This document shows, piece by piece, positions 1 through 9,192 of a stretch of DNA of 64,000 nucleotides. The notes beneath the pieces were generated by a model. That model worked only from the letters and a program-made list of their open reading frames with translations, searched no databases and had not been told where the DNA came from. A program made the translations under genes and the position numbers. The DNA is taken from assembly GCA_045863335.1 (NCBI GenBank), contig BTVY01000010.1:78265-142264 (forward strand). Reading direction: 5' to 3'. Each line of letters opens with the position of its first letter. Positions within the stretch are counted from its first letter, which is position 1. The stretch is from Candidatus Hydrogenedentota bacterium. Its GTDB lineage: Bacteria > Hydrogenedentota > Hydrogenedentia > Hydrogenedentales > SLHB01.

Positions 1-201
1 ATCCACCTGGCCCTTTGGTGGGGGGTGCCTCCCCCCCGGCGCGGGCGGCCGGCTGCACGCCCCCACCACAATTGGCGATTCTTCGTGTCAGGGTGCAGTG
101 AATCTTCGTTGGCGCTGTGCTTTGCAGTATGCAAGGACGCGACATGCCGGGTTACCCGGGGCACCATACGCGTGGACGGTCGCTGCGTGGATCGTTGGCC
201 C

Positions 202-232
202 TTGGCGTGGCGGGTTGGAAAACCCGCCCTCC
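202..232. repeat. REP-like palindrome (GGCGGGTTGGAAAACCCGCC), family B
   Basis: Hairpin GGCGGG-TTGGAAAA-CCCGCC just after the stop of the minus-strand GH99-like gene; near-identical copy at 37712-37742. Confidence 0.7.
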
Positions 233-244
233 TTGTCTGGACGT

Positions 245-1447
245 CTAATCCCCAAATACCTCGCGGATCGCTTCGAGGTAGGCCATGCCGTGGTCGGTGT
301 CGGGTTCGAGGTAGCTGCCTTCAGTCCATTCGTTCCAGGCGTTGAGGGTGAGGATTTTCGGCGTGGTCTGGCCCTGGTCGAGGAAGGCCTTGGCGTCCTG
401 AAGGGCCTTCTTGAAGGCCTCCGGTGTGTTGCCTTCGAGCGTGGGGGTGAAGGGGTAGCCGAGATTTTCGTAGACATCCGTCTGCACCGTGCGCGGCGAC
501 GGGTCCCAGCCCATGGACACGTTCGGGTAGTACGGCAACTCGTAGCGATCCGTGAAGGTCACGTAGTCCTGGGCGGACCGTTCCTGCATGCGCGCGTACG
601 AGGTCTTCGGAAAGTCGGGCATGGGCTGGTGATGCAGCCACACGTAGGACGTGATGCTGTCGAACCCGAGTTGGTCGAGCAATTCGTTCACGTTCTCCAC
701 GGGCTGCTCGTTGGGCAGCACCTGCCGGCCCCACACGACGGCGTTGAGATGCAGTTCGCCATGGCCCGCGGCGCGGACCCGGGCGCGGAAATCGTCCAGC
801 CCGGCGCGCGTCGCTTCCACGCTGCCGAAGGTCAGCAGTAACTCGGAGAGGTCGTAAAAGGACACATACAACCCGCCGTTCACGCGCCAGTACGAGGGAT
901 GGCCGAAATACGTCGCGATCATGTGATCCGTGGCCGCCGTGAACGCGGCGGGCGACACCTTCCCCTCTGCGAGCAGGTTGTACGGTTTCATCCGCTTCGC
1001 GGGCTGAATGTCGAGCCAGTCGTGGTTGGCCCACATGAGCGAGAACTTCAGCCGCTCCGCGTTGGGCGCTTTCAGGAATCCCCTTTCGAGCGCGCGGTCC
1101 AGGTACGGACCATCCTCATACCAGTACCAGTCGAAGATAAAGACATCGACCCCGTGGTCTGCGGCCGCGTCGATCTTCTTCGCCATCACCGCCGGGTCGG
1201 ACTCGTCTTCATACCCCCACAGCGGCACCTTGGGCTGAGCGTGCCCCGGAAAACGCGGACCCGCCTGCTTCATCAAGTCCCACTCCGTCCACCCCGCGCC
1301 ATGCCATTCCTCATTACGCGGATCGCCGGGATGGTAATTGGGGAAGTAGTAGGCCGCGAGGGTGTAAGTGTCATCTTCAGTCGCTTGAGCAGCCGCAGAG
1401 GCGGCTAACAGTGCGGCCGGTACAAGGAAACGCAGAAAGGCGGTCAT
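245..1447 (-). CDS. Secreted glycoside hydrolase family 99-like / WbsX-family protein
   Basis: Signal peptide; AYYFPNYH, MWANHDW and C-terminal NAWNEWTEGSYLEP motifs typical of WbsX/GH99-like proteins; AGGAG RBS upstream. Confidence 0.8.
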   Translation of the reverse strand: MTAFLRFLVPAALLAASAAAQATEDDTYTLAAYYFPNYHPGDPRNEEWHGAGWTEWDLMKQAGPRFPGHAQPKVPLWGYEDESDPAVMAKKIDAAADHGVDVFIFDWYWYEDGPYLDRALERGFLKAPNAERLKFSLMWANHDWLDIQPAKRMKPYNLLAEGKVSPAAFTAATDHMIATYFGHPSYWRVNGGLYVSFYDLSELLLTFGSVEATRAGLDDFRARVRAAGHGELHLNAVVWGRQVLPNEQPVENVNELLDQLGFDSITSYVWLHHQPMPDFPKTSYARMQERSAQDYVTFTDRYELPYYPNVSMGWDPSPRTVQTDVYENLGYPFTPTLEGNTPEAFKKALQDAKAFLDQGQTTPKILTLNAWNEWTEGSYLEPDTDHGMAYLEAIREVFGD

Positions 1448-1510
1448 GATTCGTTCTCTCCTTTGTATGGGGAATATCGTGCGAATTTCTGTTGCTACTC
1501 CGCACGCTTA

Positions 1511-1668
1511 ACATCCCCCTTGATCCCCCTTCAAAGGGGGAATTTTCGCAACGCTTTGCGTTGCGATTCAGATCTCAAAAGACTGGCCTCCAGTGCTCAT
1601 GACGACGTGTAAGTTAATAGATTCGGTTTTGCGCGATTCCCCCTTTGAAGGGGGATCAAGGGGGATGT
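1511..1668. repeat. REPIN/MITE-like element, copy 1 (perfect 33-bp terminal inverted repeats, 92-bp spacer)
   Basis: ACATCCCCCTTGATCCCCCTTCAAAGGGGGAAT at 1511-1543 and its exact reverse complement at 1636-1668. Confidence 0.85.
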
Positions 1669-1732
1669 AGTATTCAGTCACACCGTTTTCGCAACAAGCT
1701 CAGTTCGTGATGGTAACCACGCGCCGCTCCCC

Positions 1733-2611
1733 TTACACGTCGCAGATGCGCACGCCTTGGGCGAGCGATGCGATGGGATCTTCGCGCTTGGGGATGAACT
1801 CCTGCGCGAGGTAGCCGGTGAATCCGGTGTCGACGATGGCTTTGCAGATGGTCGCGTAGGTGAGTTCCTGTGTCTCGTCGATCTCGTTGCGGCCGGGCAC
1901 ACCGCCCGTGTGGTAATGGCCGATGTAGGGGTGGTACTCCTGGATGGTGGCGATGATATCGCCTTCCATGATTTGCATGTGGTAGATGTCGTAGAGGAGC
2001 TTGAACCGGTCCGACCCGATCTCCTGGCAGAGCGCCACGCCCCACGGAGTGCGGTCGCACATGTAGTCCTTGTGATTGCGCTTGCTGTTCAGCAGTTCCA
2101 TGCAGACCGTCACGCCGAGGTCTTCCGCCAGCGGCATGATGCGTTTCAGGCCCTTCGCGCAATTCTTCAGTCCGGCGGCGTCGTCCATGCCGCGCCGGTT
2201 GCCCGAGAAGACGATCATGTTCGGCAGGCCCGCTTCCTTGACGAGGGGCAACAGCCGTTCCGATTCCGCCACGAGCTTGTCGTGATCCTTCGGCTCGTTC
2301 CACCCATCCGAAATGCCGCTCGGCCCGTTCGCCATGGCGCAGGTGAGGCCGTGCTGTTTCACGATGGGCCACTCCGCTTCTCCGAGCAGTTCCACCGACA
2401 GCAAGCCCAGCGGCTTCACCTGCTGGCAGAACTCGTCCAGCGGGATCTTGTTGTAGCACCACTTGCAGACCGACTGTTTAAGACGGCCTTTCAACGGTGC
2501 GGCGGCGGGGTCGCCCTGCGCTTCCGCGTTCGCGGCCAGCAGGGAACCGGCGGCTCCCGCGGCCAGGGTGGACATGGCGGTACGGCGTGAGATGGCGTTC
2601 TTGTGCGACAT
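1733..2611 (-). CDS. Tat-exported hydroxypyruvate isomerase family protein (xylose isomerase-like TIM barrel)
   Basis: SRRTAM twin-arginine leader; ELLN, LLYDIYHMQIMEG, HYHTGGVPGRNE and QEF motifs of the Hyi family; start chosen at ATG 2611 after GAGGAG. Confidence 0.85.
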   Translation of the reverse strand: MSHKNAISRRTAMSTLAAGAAGSLLAANAEAQGDPAAAPLKGRLKQSVCKWCYNKIPLDEFCQQVKPLGLLSVELLGEAEWPIVKQHGLTCAMANGPSGISDGWNEPKDHDKLVAESERLLPLVKEAGLPNMIVFSGNRRGMDDAAGLKNCAKGLKRIMPLAEDLGVTVCMELLNSKRNHKDYMCDRTPWGVALCQEIGSDRFKLLYDIYHMQIMEGDIIATIQEYHPYIGHYHTGGVPGRNEIDETQELTYATICKAIVDTGFTGYLAQEFIPKREDPIASLAQGVRICDV

Positions 2612-2808
2612 GGCAGTGCTCCTCGATTGCGACTGCCCGCCATTGTGCCACACGCAGGCCCCGGGATCGTACTCGCGCCAGGATGCTTGTCGAGCACGAT
2701 TGGGAACATGAACCCCAAAAAAAGACCAAGGCCGCTTCCGATTGCGTTGATAACGCTACCGGGAGCGGCCTTCCCTAAGACCCCTCTCCTGCCATACCCC
2801 TGCGGAGA

Positions 2809-3615
2809 CTACTTGTTGAGTTCGGTGAACCTTGCTTCGATTTCCTCGGCGCGGTTCTGGGCTTCGCGCGCTTCCTCGATATGGCCCGTCGCGGCGAGCA
2901 ATCCGGCTTGCGCCTGGAGGCGTACGGCCACGTCGGGGTGGTCGTCGCCGAGGACTTCGCCCTGGATGTGTTCCGCGCGGCGCAACAGCGGTTTGGCTTC
3001 GTCGTACCGGCCCTGGTTGGTCAACAGCGCCGCGAGGTTTATGAGTGCCGTCGCCATGTAAGGATGCTCGCTGCGTCCGCCCATGAAGTGAATGCGGATT
3101 GCGCGGCGGAGCAGATTCTCCGCTTCCACGGCATCCCCGGCGTCGTTCGCGACCAAGGCGAGGCCGTTCAGACTGCGGCCCACTTCCACGCTGTAGGGAT
3201 CCTGCTCGTTAATCTCCAGCGCGCGCCGGTACAGCGGCTCGACTTCCGTCATGTCACCCGCCACGTAATGCAGATCGGCCAGGTTGTTCAGCGTGGTTGG
3301 GACGAAACGGCTCTCTTCGCCGCAGTCTTCGGTGCGCAGGCATAGCGCTTTCTCAAGAGCGGCTTCGGCGTCGCTGTACTGGCCGAGCGCAAACTGGGTC
3401 ATTCCCTTACCATCCAGCGTGAATGCGAGCCGAAATTCCTCGCAGGTCTCGCCTTCGGCTTGCGTGAACAGCGTTTCCGCGTCGCGATACCGGCCGGCCT
3501 CGTAGGTGTCGACGCCTTGATAGTGGTAGGAGATCCAGAGTTGTAACTCACCGGCGGCGGCGGGCCACGCGACCAGAGCTGCCAGCGCCGCACATACGAA
3601 GACTCGCGTTTTCAT
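2809..3615 (-). CDS. Secreted tetratricopeptide repeat protein
   Basis: Signal peptide; repeated TLNNLA..Y / SLNGLA / ALINLA..GRYDEA and LGDDHPDVA units (kinesin light chain-type TPR). Confidence 0.85.
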   Translation of the reverse strand: MKTRVFVCAALAALVAWPAAAGELQLWISYHYQGVDTYEAGRYRDAETLFTQAEGETCEEFRLAFTLDGKGMTQFALGQYSDAEAALEKALCLRTEDCGEESRFVPTTLNNLADLHYVAGDMTEVEPLYRRALEINEQDPYSVEVGRSLNGLALVANDAGDAVEAENLLRRAIRIHFMGGRSEHPYMATALINLAALLTNQGRYDEAKPLLRRAEHIQGEVLGDDHPDVAVRLQAQAGLLAATGHIEEAREAQNRAEEIEARFTELNK

Positions 3616-3876
3616 GTATCGGTTCTCCTGTTTAACCGGAGTAGATATAAGGCGAGCGCGTTGGGACTTTCAACAGGCCAGCGCACAAAAACCTCGGTAC
3701 GAATGATAGCCAAAAACCGGGCAACTGTCAATAATTTCCGGATTCTTCTTGCAGCCATAGACAACTCTTTACAGGATCAAGTATACTGTTTGCATTCGGT
3801 TTGGTGTTGCTCGCGTCCCGATTGCGTTCGCAGTCCGGGGACGCGTCCGTGGCCGTTTACTCAAGGAGGCTTTTCC

Positions 3877-4503
3877 ATGATTGCCACCCTTCGGATGTCG
3901 ATCGTTGTTCTCGCAGTCGTCGCACTCGCGGGTCCGGCCGCGTGGGCGGCCTGTTCCAGTTGCGGCAAGGAATCCTGCAGCATGTGCGGCTCGGGCGGGT
4001 GCGGTTCCTGTGGCGAGGACATCATGGACCGCCACGGCTGCGAGTATGCGCCGACGGAATTCGCAAGCCCGGACTCGGTCGCGTGGAATCAGCGGCGCGT
4101 CTCCTTCGGCAACTACCTGAAGTTCGCGAAGGCCGAGATCCCCGAACCGGTGATGCGGATCGCGCCCGAGTTTGAGCCCATCTATTTCGACCTCGACAAG
4201 GCGGTGTTGAAGCCGGAAGGTCTGGCGACTGCGCGCAAGGTCGCGGCCTACATGAAGGATCATCCGCAGGACAAGGTCCGCATCGAAGGCAATTGCTGCG
4301 ATCTCGCGAGTAACGAATACAACCAGAAACTCGGGCTGCGCCGCGCGGAAGCGGTGAAGAGCTTTCTCGTATCGGAAGGAATCGATGCGTCCCGAATCAC
4401 GACGACGAGCAAAGGCGAAACCGAAGCGGTCCATAGTCCTCAGCATCGACCCATGGACCGCCGGGCCGACGTCATCGTCTGGTTTCTGGATGCTGCAAAC
4501 TAG
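3877..4503 (+). CDS. OmpA/Pal-family peptidoglycan-binding protein with Cys-rich N-terminus
   Basis: AAGGAGG RBS before ATG 3877; IYFDLDKA, IEGNCCD, YNQKLGLRRAEAV and DRRAD OmpA-C motifs. Confidence 0.85.
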   Translation: MIATLRMSIVVLAVVALAGPAAWAACSSCGKESCSMCGSGGCGSCGEDIMDRHGCEYAPTEFASPDSVAWNQRRVSFGNYLKFAKAEIPEPVMRIAPEFEPIYFDLDKAVLKPEGLATARKVAAYMKDHPQDKVRIEGNCCDLASNEYNQKLGLRRAEAVKSFLVSEGIDASRITTTSKGETEAVHSPQHRPMDRRADVIVWFLDAAN

Positions 4504-4537
4504 AGAACTTGCTTAGCCACAGAAGCTGTTGCTCGGA

Positions 4538-4583
4538 ATTAGCAAAAGGGGGAACGCCTCATGGCGTTCCCCCTTTTGCTAAT
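4538..4583. terminator. Bidirectional intrinsic terminator
   Basis: Perfect 21-bp stem ATTAGCAAAAGGGGGAACGCC-TCAT-GGCGTTCCCCCTTTTGCTAAT between convergent genes. Confidence 0.85.
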
Positions 4584-4607
4584 CGATGTGCTTGATTTCG
4601 GTAGACC

Positions 4608-6437
4608 TTAGCGGCCAAAGACTCCTGACTCCGCATAGTTTGCGGGGCTGGACCAGGAAGGCCGCCACCAGAGCTTGGCGTTTCCGTCGGAGTCGAAATC
4701 GTTCACGGTGATGTTGAGACGGACGGACGACCATTCATCCCCCTGCAACGTCTTGACGTGGGCAAGCGGCACCGCGGCTTCAAAGGCATACCCGCCCTCG
4801 ACCGGCTTCGCGACGGCGGTCGACCCTTCCGGCAGCCGATCCAGCCCCGGAATCGTCGCGGGGTCCTGACCCGGCGCAATGGCGAAGAGCAGGTTGGACT
4901 CAAAGTCAGCATATGGCCCGCTTCCTCGCGCGTCGGCCGGGCGCGCGTCCAACCGCACTTCGATGCTGTCCTGGCGATAGTACTCGCGTTTCTCGTTCAG
5001 CTGGATCTGGTCGTCTGTGACCCGGGCGCCGATGTAGAGGAAATCCCCGTGAATCGCCGCGCCGAAGCGCCACGAGCCGTCCGTCCATCCGTGCCACGCG
5101 TCCAACGTATCGTCCAACTGCCCGGGTTCCCGCACCTCGACGGGAAGCGCGGCCCAGTCCGACAGATCGCCGTCCACCGCGATCGCGTTTTCCGCGGCGG
5201 CGATCTGGAATCGTTGATCGATCACAATGCGATGCTGCCCCGTGACGATCACCGGCTGCACGTTGTCTTCGAGATCGTAGCGTGCGGTCCAATCCACGGG
5301 CACCGGCTCCAGCGCGTCTACCGGCGTAGGCGCGTCGGCCAGCAGCGCCAGGTCGACTTGCTCCACCGAGTTTGGAGGCACGGTGCGCTCCAGCGACTCC
5401 ACGGACGCATGCAATGCATCCGTCGGTTCGATGCGAACCTTGATGTGAAGCGGGAGGTCCGCGTCGTTGGTCAGCCGCAGCACCGTATCGGCGCGATCCA
5501 CGGTGGGTTGGTCAAGCACGATCCCGTCCGTTCGCACCAGCGCGCCCGCGAATGCCGGTTGAATGAGGCCGAGGCGCTCGTCCGTGATGATGTTCGTATC
5601 CCAGATTCCATCGAGCATGAGGCTTGCCATGACGGGGCCTTCACCCGTCATGGTGACCCACATGAAATGATCGAACTCGCCAAAATTCGCGCCCCTCAAC
5701 CGGCTGCTGCCGCCCATGGTGGCGAGGACGATGTAGTTCGCGTCGTTCCGTTCGATCTTGCGGTAGTTGTGCGTGTGGCCGGCGAAGACCGTATGGGGCC
5801 GTCCCGCCAACGCCGCCTCGATACCCGCCCAGCCGTTGTCTTCGTTGTAGGTCCACAGGGGCTTGTGCAAAAGGGCAATGGTCCAGCGGACGTCCGGGTT
5901 CTCGGCGAGCGCCTTTTCCACGTAGGCGACCTGCTCCGCGCTGATGTTACTGGACGGAGGATCTTCGCTGTTCAGGCAGAGGAAGAGCACGTTGCGATAT
6001 ACGAAGTGGTAATAGGTCTTGCCGTAGCGTTCGGTCCAGACCTGGCGCATGACCTCGTTCGTAATATCATGATTGCCGGGTGTGTAGAAGAAAGGCATCT
6101 CGAGTTGGGTGACGAAGCTGTCGAACTCCGCCCATTCGCGATCCAGCTCGGCGCGGTCTTCAGTGTACCCTTCGATGAGGTCGCCCACGCTAACCACGAA
6201 TTCCGGCTGCAGGAGATTGAGCTTGCGGACGCCGTCCATGAACACGCCGGGCCGGTGGCCGCCGGTGCGATCGGTAACAATCGCGAACTGGAAGTTCTCG
6301 GGATCGTTATTGAGTTCCAGGTGGGTCCAAGGCTTCTTTTCGGTATCGACCCCATGCTGCACCTTCGCGGGCTCTTCGGCCGATACAGCGGCTGCAAACG
6401 TGAGGATCACGGCGATCAAGGATATACGAACCATCAT
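4608..6437 (-). CDS. Secreted calcineurin-like metallophosphoesterase with C-terminal CBM9/DOMON-like sugar-binding domain
   Basis: TDRTG, VGDLIEG, PGNHD, LHKP and AGHTH motifs; C-terminal VDGDLSDW..LYIGARVTDD..DSIEV..YAFEAAVP; AGGAG RBS. Confidence 0.8.
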   Translation of the reverse strand: MMVRISLIAVILTFAAAVSAEEPAKVQHGVDTEKKPWTHLELNNDPENFQFAIVTDRTGGHRPGVFMDGVRKLNLLQPEFVVSVGDLIEGYTEDRAELDREWAEFDSFVTQLEMPFFYTPGNHDITNEVMRQVWTERYGKTYYHFVYRNVLFLCLNSEDPPSSNISAEQVAYVEKALAENPDVRWTIALLHKPLWTYNEDNGWAGIEAALAGRPHTVFAGHTHNYRKIERNDANYIVLATMGGSSRLRGANFGEFDHFMWVTMTGEGPVMASLMLDGIWDTNIITDERLGLIQPAFAGALVRTDGIVLDQPTVDRADTVLRLTNDADLPLHIKVRIEPTDALHASVESLERTVPPNSVEQVDLALLADAPTPVDALEPVPVDWTARYDLEDNVQPVIVTGQHRIVIDQRFQIAAAENAIAVDGDLSDWAALPVEVREPGQLDDTLDAWHGWTDGSWRFGAAIHGDFLYIGARVTDDQIQLNEKREYYRQDSIEVRLDARPADARGSGPYADFESNLLFAIAPGQDPATIPGLDRLPEGSTAVAKPVEGGYAFEAAVPLAHVKTLQGDEWSSVRLNITVNDFDSDGNAKLWWRPSWSSPANYAESGVFGR

Positions 6438-6506
6438 ATTAGCTCCTGTCCACAGGGGATGATCGGCTTGGATGCCGACGACTGTTTCCGCTATTGAAGT
6501 CCTGCG

Positions 6507-6535
6507 AGTGTAGTCAACCCGGCAGAATGCGTCAA
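6507..6535 (-). promoter_or_regulatory. Putative sigma70 promoter for the metallophosphoesterase gene
   Basis: Minus strand TTGACG-17 nt-TACACT, about 70 nt upstream of the start. Confidence 0.5.
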
Positions 6536-6617
6536 TGCCACTGCGGAGACACTTATAGCCGCCGAGCACGAGCGCCGGGTTAGTTTGCCTTGTGAAATTG
6601 CAAATCGCTAGTATTCT

Positions 6618-8330
6618 GTGGGGTTTGTGATGTACTTCGGAGTGAACGACGTGCTGCGAGGATTTCTTGTCTGTAGTACCGGCCGGGGTGAAGAACGGCG
6701 CGTGCCGGTGGGGCCCACGCTAACCTTGGGGCGCGCCGTCGATTGCGGCTATGTGATCGACGACGCCGCCGCGTCGCGCCGTCACGTCCAGATCACGTCC
6801 GACAAGGGCCGATTTCTCTGGAAGGACCTGGGCAGCACGAACGGGACCCAGATGAACGGCCTATCCATGCTCGAAGGCGTCTTGAAGCAGGGCGACGAAC
6901 TCCGCATTGGCGAAACGGTCATGCGCTTCGAGGTAGAGGAAGTTGCCGACGTCGAGCCCAAGGAAAGCACGACGGTTTTCAAGGAAACCATCGTGGACTG
7001 GCAGCAGGAAGGGGGCGTGCAAACCCCGGGCGACCGGGAGGAGCGGTCCGAACGCCTGCTGCGGGCCGTCTACTCCGTCATGAACGAGATCGCCTCGAAC
7101 TTCGAACCCTGCCCCCTCGTGGACCGGATTCTCGAAACCACCATGCGCGCCATCGACGCCCAGCGCGGCGCTATCGTATTTACGGATGAATCCAAATCCG
7201 ACCTGCAGCCCTGTCCCGTGTGCCGGCGGTACCATATCATTCAGGGACAGAAGGTCGCCCACGTGGACGAGCGGGATTTCCACATCAGTAACACCGTGGC
7301 CCAGCGCGTGCTGACGCGCGGCGAAAGCCTCTTGTTTCAGGATTCCGATCGCGACAGCGAACTGAACATTGCCCAGAGCATCATGTCGTTGAAACTCCGC
7401 TCGATCATTTGCGTGCCCTTGCGCGGCAAATTCGGCATCTTCGGCATCCTGTACGTCGACACCGACCAAGCGGGTCACCAGTACTCTCATGAGGACATGC
7501 TACTGACGACGGCCGTGGGGAACAGCGCCGGGCTTGCGCTCGAGAACGCGACCATGCACCGCGAGATCCTCGAGAAACAACGCATCGATCAGGAGATCCA
7601 ACATGCGTGGACCATCCAGGAAGGCTTCCTCGTGCGGGAGTGGCCGGAGCACCCCCGCTACCAGGTCTTTGGCGAAACGAAGCCGGCAAAAACCGTCGGC
7701 GGCGACTTCTACGACTTCGTGCAAGCCAGCGATGCGCGCATCGGCATCCTCATCGGCGATGTGAGTGGTAAAGGTGTGCCCGCAGCGCTCACCATGGCGC
7801 AGTTACTCGCCGAGTTTCGAATCGCGGCGCGGGATATGGAATCACCCGCCGCCGTATTGCAGCAATTGAACCGTAGCCTGTCGGCGTCCAGCCCGCGCGG
7901 CACCTTCTGCACCTTGTGCTACCTCGTGCTCGACCTGGATTCCCGCCGCGTCCGCGTTGCCAACGCGGGGCATCACCCTGTGGTCGGAATTGGCAAGACC
8001 GTGCGCATTTTCGGAGAAGCCAGTGGCCCGCCGGTGGGGATTCTTCCTGAGCTTTCGTGGGAAGATACGGAAACCGAAGTATCCTCCGGCGACACGTTGC
8101 TGCTCGTCACCGACGGCATCCTTGAAGCGCGTGCCGTGCACACCCTTCCTGAGAGCGATGAAGGTCTCGACGAGTTCGGCATGGACCGTCTGTGCGAGGT
8201 GGTGAACGGCTGCCATCGGAAGACGCCGAAGGAACTCATCGAGCGGGTAAATCAGAAGGTCCATCGTTTTTGCGAACCCGCGTTGCCGCACGACGATTGC
8301 ACGATGATTTCGGTGAAGTACCTGGGATAA
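6618..8330 (+). CDS. FHA-GAF-PP2C (SpoIIE/RsbU-type) serine phosphatase
   Basis: FHA: LGR, SRRH, DLGSTNGT; GAF: LRSIICVPL..GILYVD; PP2C: VGGDFYDF, GDVSGKG, TDGI, DDCT; exact start uncertain (6618/6630/6651). Confidence 0.9.
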   Translation: MGFVMYFGVNDVLRGFLVCSTGRGEERRVPVGPTLTLGRAVDCGYVIDDAAASRRHVQITSDKGRFLWKDLGSTNGTQMNGLSMLEGVLKQGDELRIGETVMRFEVEEVADVEPKESTTVFKETIVDWQQEGGVQTPGDREERSERLLRAVYSVMNEIASNFEPCPLVDRILETTMRAIDAQRGAIVFTDESKSDLQPCPVCRRYHIIQGQKVAHVDERDFHISNTVAQRVLTRGESLLFQDSDRDSELNIAQSIMSLKLRSIICVPLRGKFGIFGILYVDTDQAGHQYSHEDMLLTTAVGNSAGLALENATMHREILEKQRIDQEIQHAWTIQEGFLVREWPEHPRYQVFGETKPAKTVGGDFYDFVQASDARIGILIGDVSGKGVPAALTMAQLLAEFRIAARDMESPAAVLQQLNRSLSASSPRGTFCTLCYLVLDLDSRRVRVANAGHHPVVGIGKTVRIFGEASGPPVGILPELSWEDTETEVSSGDTLLLVTDGILEARAVHTLPESDEGLDEFGMDRLCEVVNGCHRKTPKELIERVNQKVHRFCEPALPHDDCTMISVKYLG

Positions 8331-8356
8331 GGCGCGGGAGCGCCGGAGAACCGAGC

Positions 8357-8821
8357 GTGGAAGGTACCGAGTTCTATCTGGACATGGCATCGGACCCGCG
8401 TCTGCTCAATGGCGTGCGCGGGCTGATCCGAGGGTATCTCGTTTCCGCCGGCGTCACTGGCGAGCAGGCCGACTGCATCGTCCTTGCCGTCGATGAGGCC
8501 TGCGCGAATTCGATACGCCATTCGTACGGCGGCAGCAGAGACTACCGGATTCGATTGATCGCGCGGCGAGACGCGACGGGAATCGAGTTCGAGTTGTGTG
8601 ACGACGGCGTGCCCGCGGAACTGGAGCGGTGCAAGAAGAAGGAATCGATTGGCGTCCCGGATGGGAGTACACTTCAACCCGGAGGCTTGGGGGTTCAACT
8701 CATGCACGAGGTGTTCGATGAAGTGACCTTCACGCCGGGCCAGGAACGGGGTAACCGTGTCACCATGCGGCTTGCGCTTCCCGCAAGTCAGGGAAGCGTG
8801 AAACGCGCACAGGATGGATAG
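8357..8821 (+). CDS. RsbW/SpoIIAB-like Ser kinase (anti-sigma factor family, HATPase_c)
   Basis: N-box LAVDEACANSIRHSY, DDG and GGLGVQLM motifs; GTG start after GGAGA. Confidence 0.88.
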   Translation: MEGTEFYLDMASDPRLLNGVRGLIRGYLVSAGVTGEQADCIVLAVDEACANSIRHSYGGSRDYRIRLIARRDATGIEFELCDDGVPAELERCKKKESIGVPDGSTLQPGGLGVQLMHEVFDEVTFTPGQERGNRVTMRLALPASQGSVKRAQDG

Positions 8822-8834
8822 GTAGGACATAGGT

Positions 8835-9152
8835 ATGCCATTGGAAATCGATAAACAGGGTGGTGCTGGATCCTGGGTGATTGCGGTGCGCGGCGAAGTC
8901 GATCTTTACAGTTCTCCGGAGCTGCGGACCGCCATCACGAAGGCGATGCCAAAGTCTGGCGGCAGCGTTACCGTCAACCTGAGCGGAGTGCCTTATATGG
9001 ATAGCTCCGGAGTGGCCACCTTGGTCGAAGGCTACCGGTCCGCCCTCGAAACCGGCACGCAGTTCGTGCTCGCGGCGCCGTCGCAGGCCGTCATGAAGGT
9101 GCTGCAGCTTTCACGGCTCGATTCCGTGTTCACCATCCGGGAGGGCGCGTGA
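8835..9152 (+). CDS. STAS domain protein (RsbV/SpoIIAA-like anti-sigma antagonist, or MlaB-like subunit)
   Basis: GEVDLYSSPELR and YMDSSGVATL with the conserved phospho-acceptor Ser. Confidence 0.9.
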   Translation: MPLEIDKQGGAGSWVIAVRGEVDLYSSPELRTAITKAMPKSGGSVTVNLSGVPYMDSSGVATLVEGYRSALETGTQFVLAAPSQAVMKVLQLSRLDSVFTIREGA

Positions 9153-9192
9153 AACGCGGTGAAAAGAGAAACGCATTGATGAGGCGCCATCT

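Noticed and set aside
1-200. GC-rich hairpin (TGGTGGGGG..CCCCCACCA) and short ORFs at the window start
   Set aside because: Context is truncated and there is no second copy or recognisable motif to support a call
4758-6497. Long antisense ORFs (also 45505-47118, 40964-42265, 31841-33010, 55612-56697 and others)
   Set aside because: They shadow well-supported genes on the opposite strand, as expected from high-GC codon bias, and show no recognisable motifs
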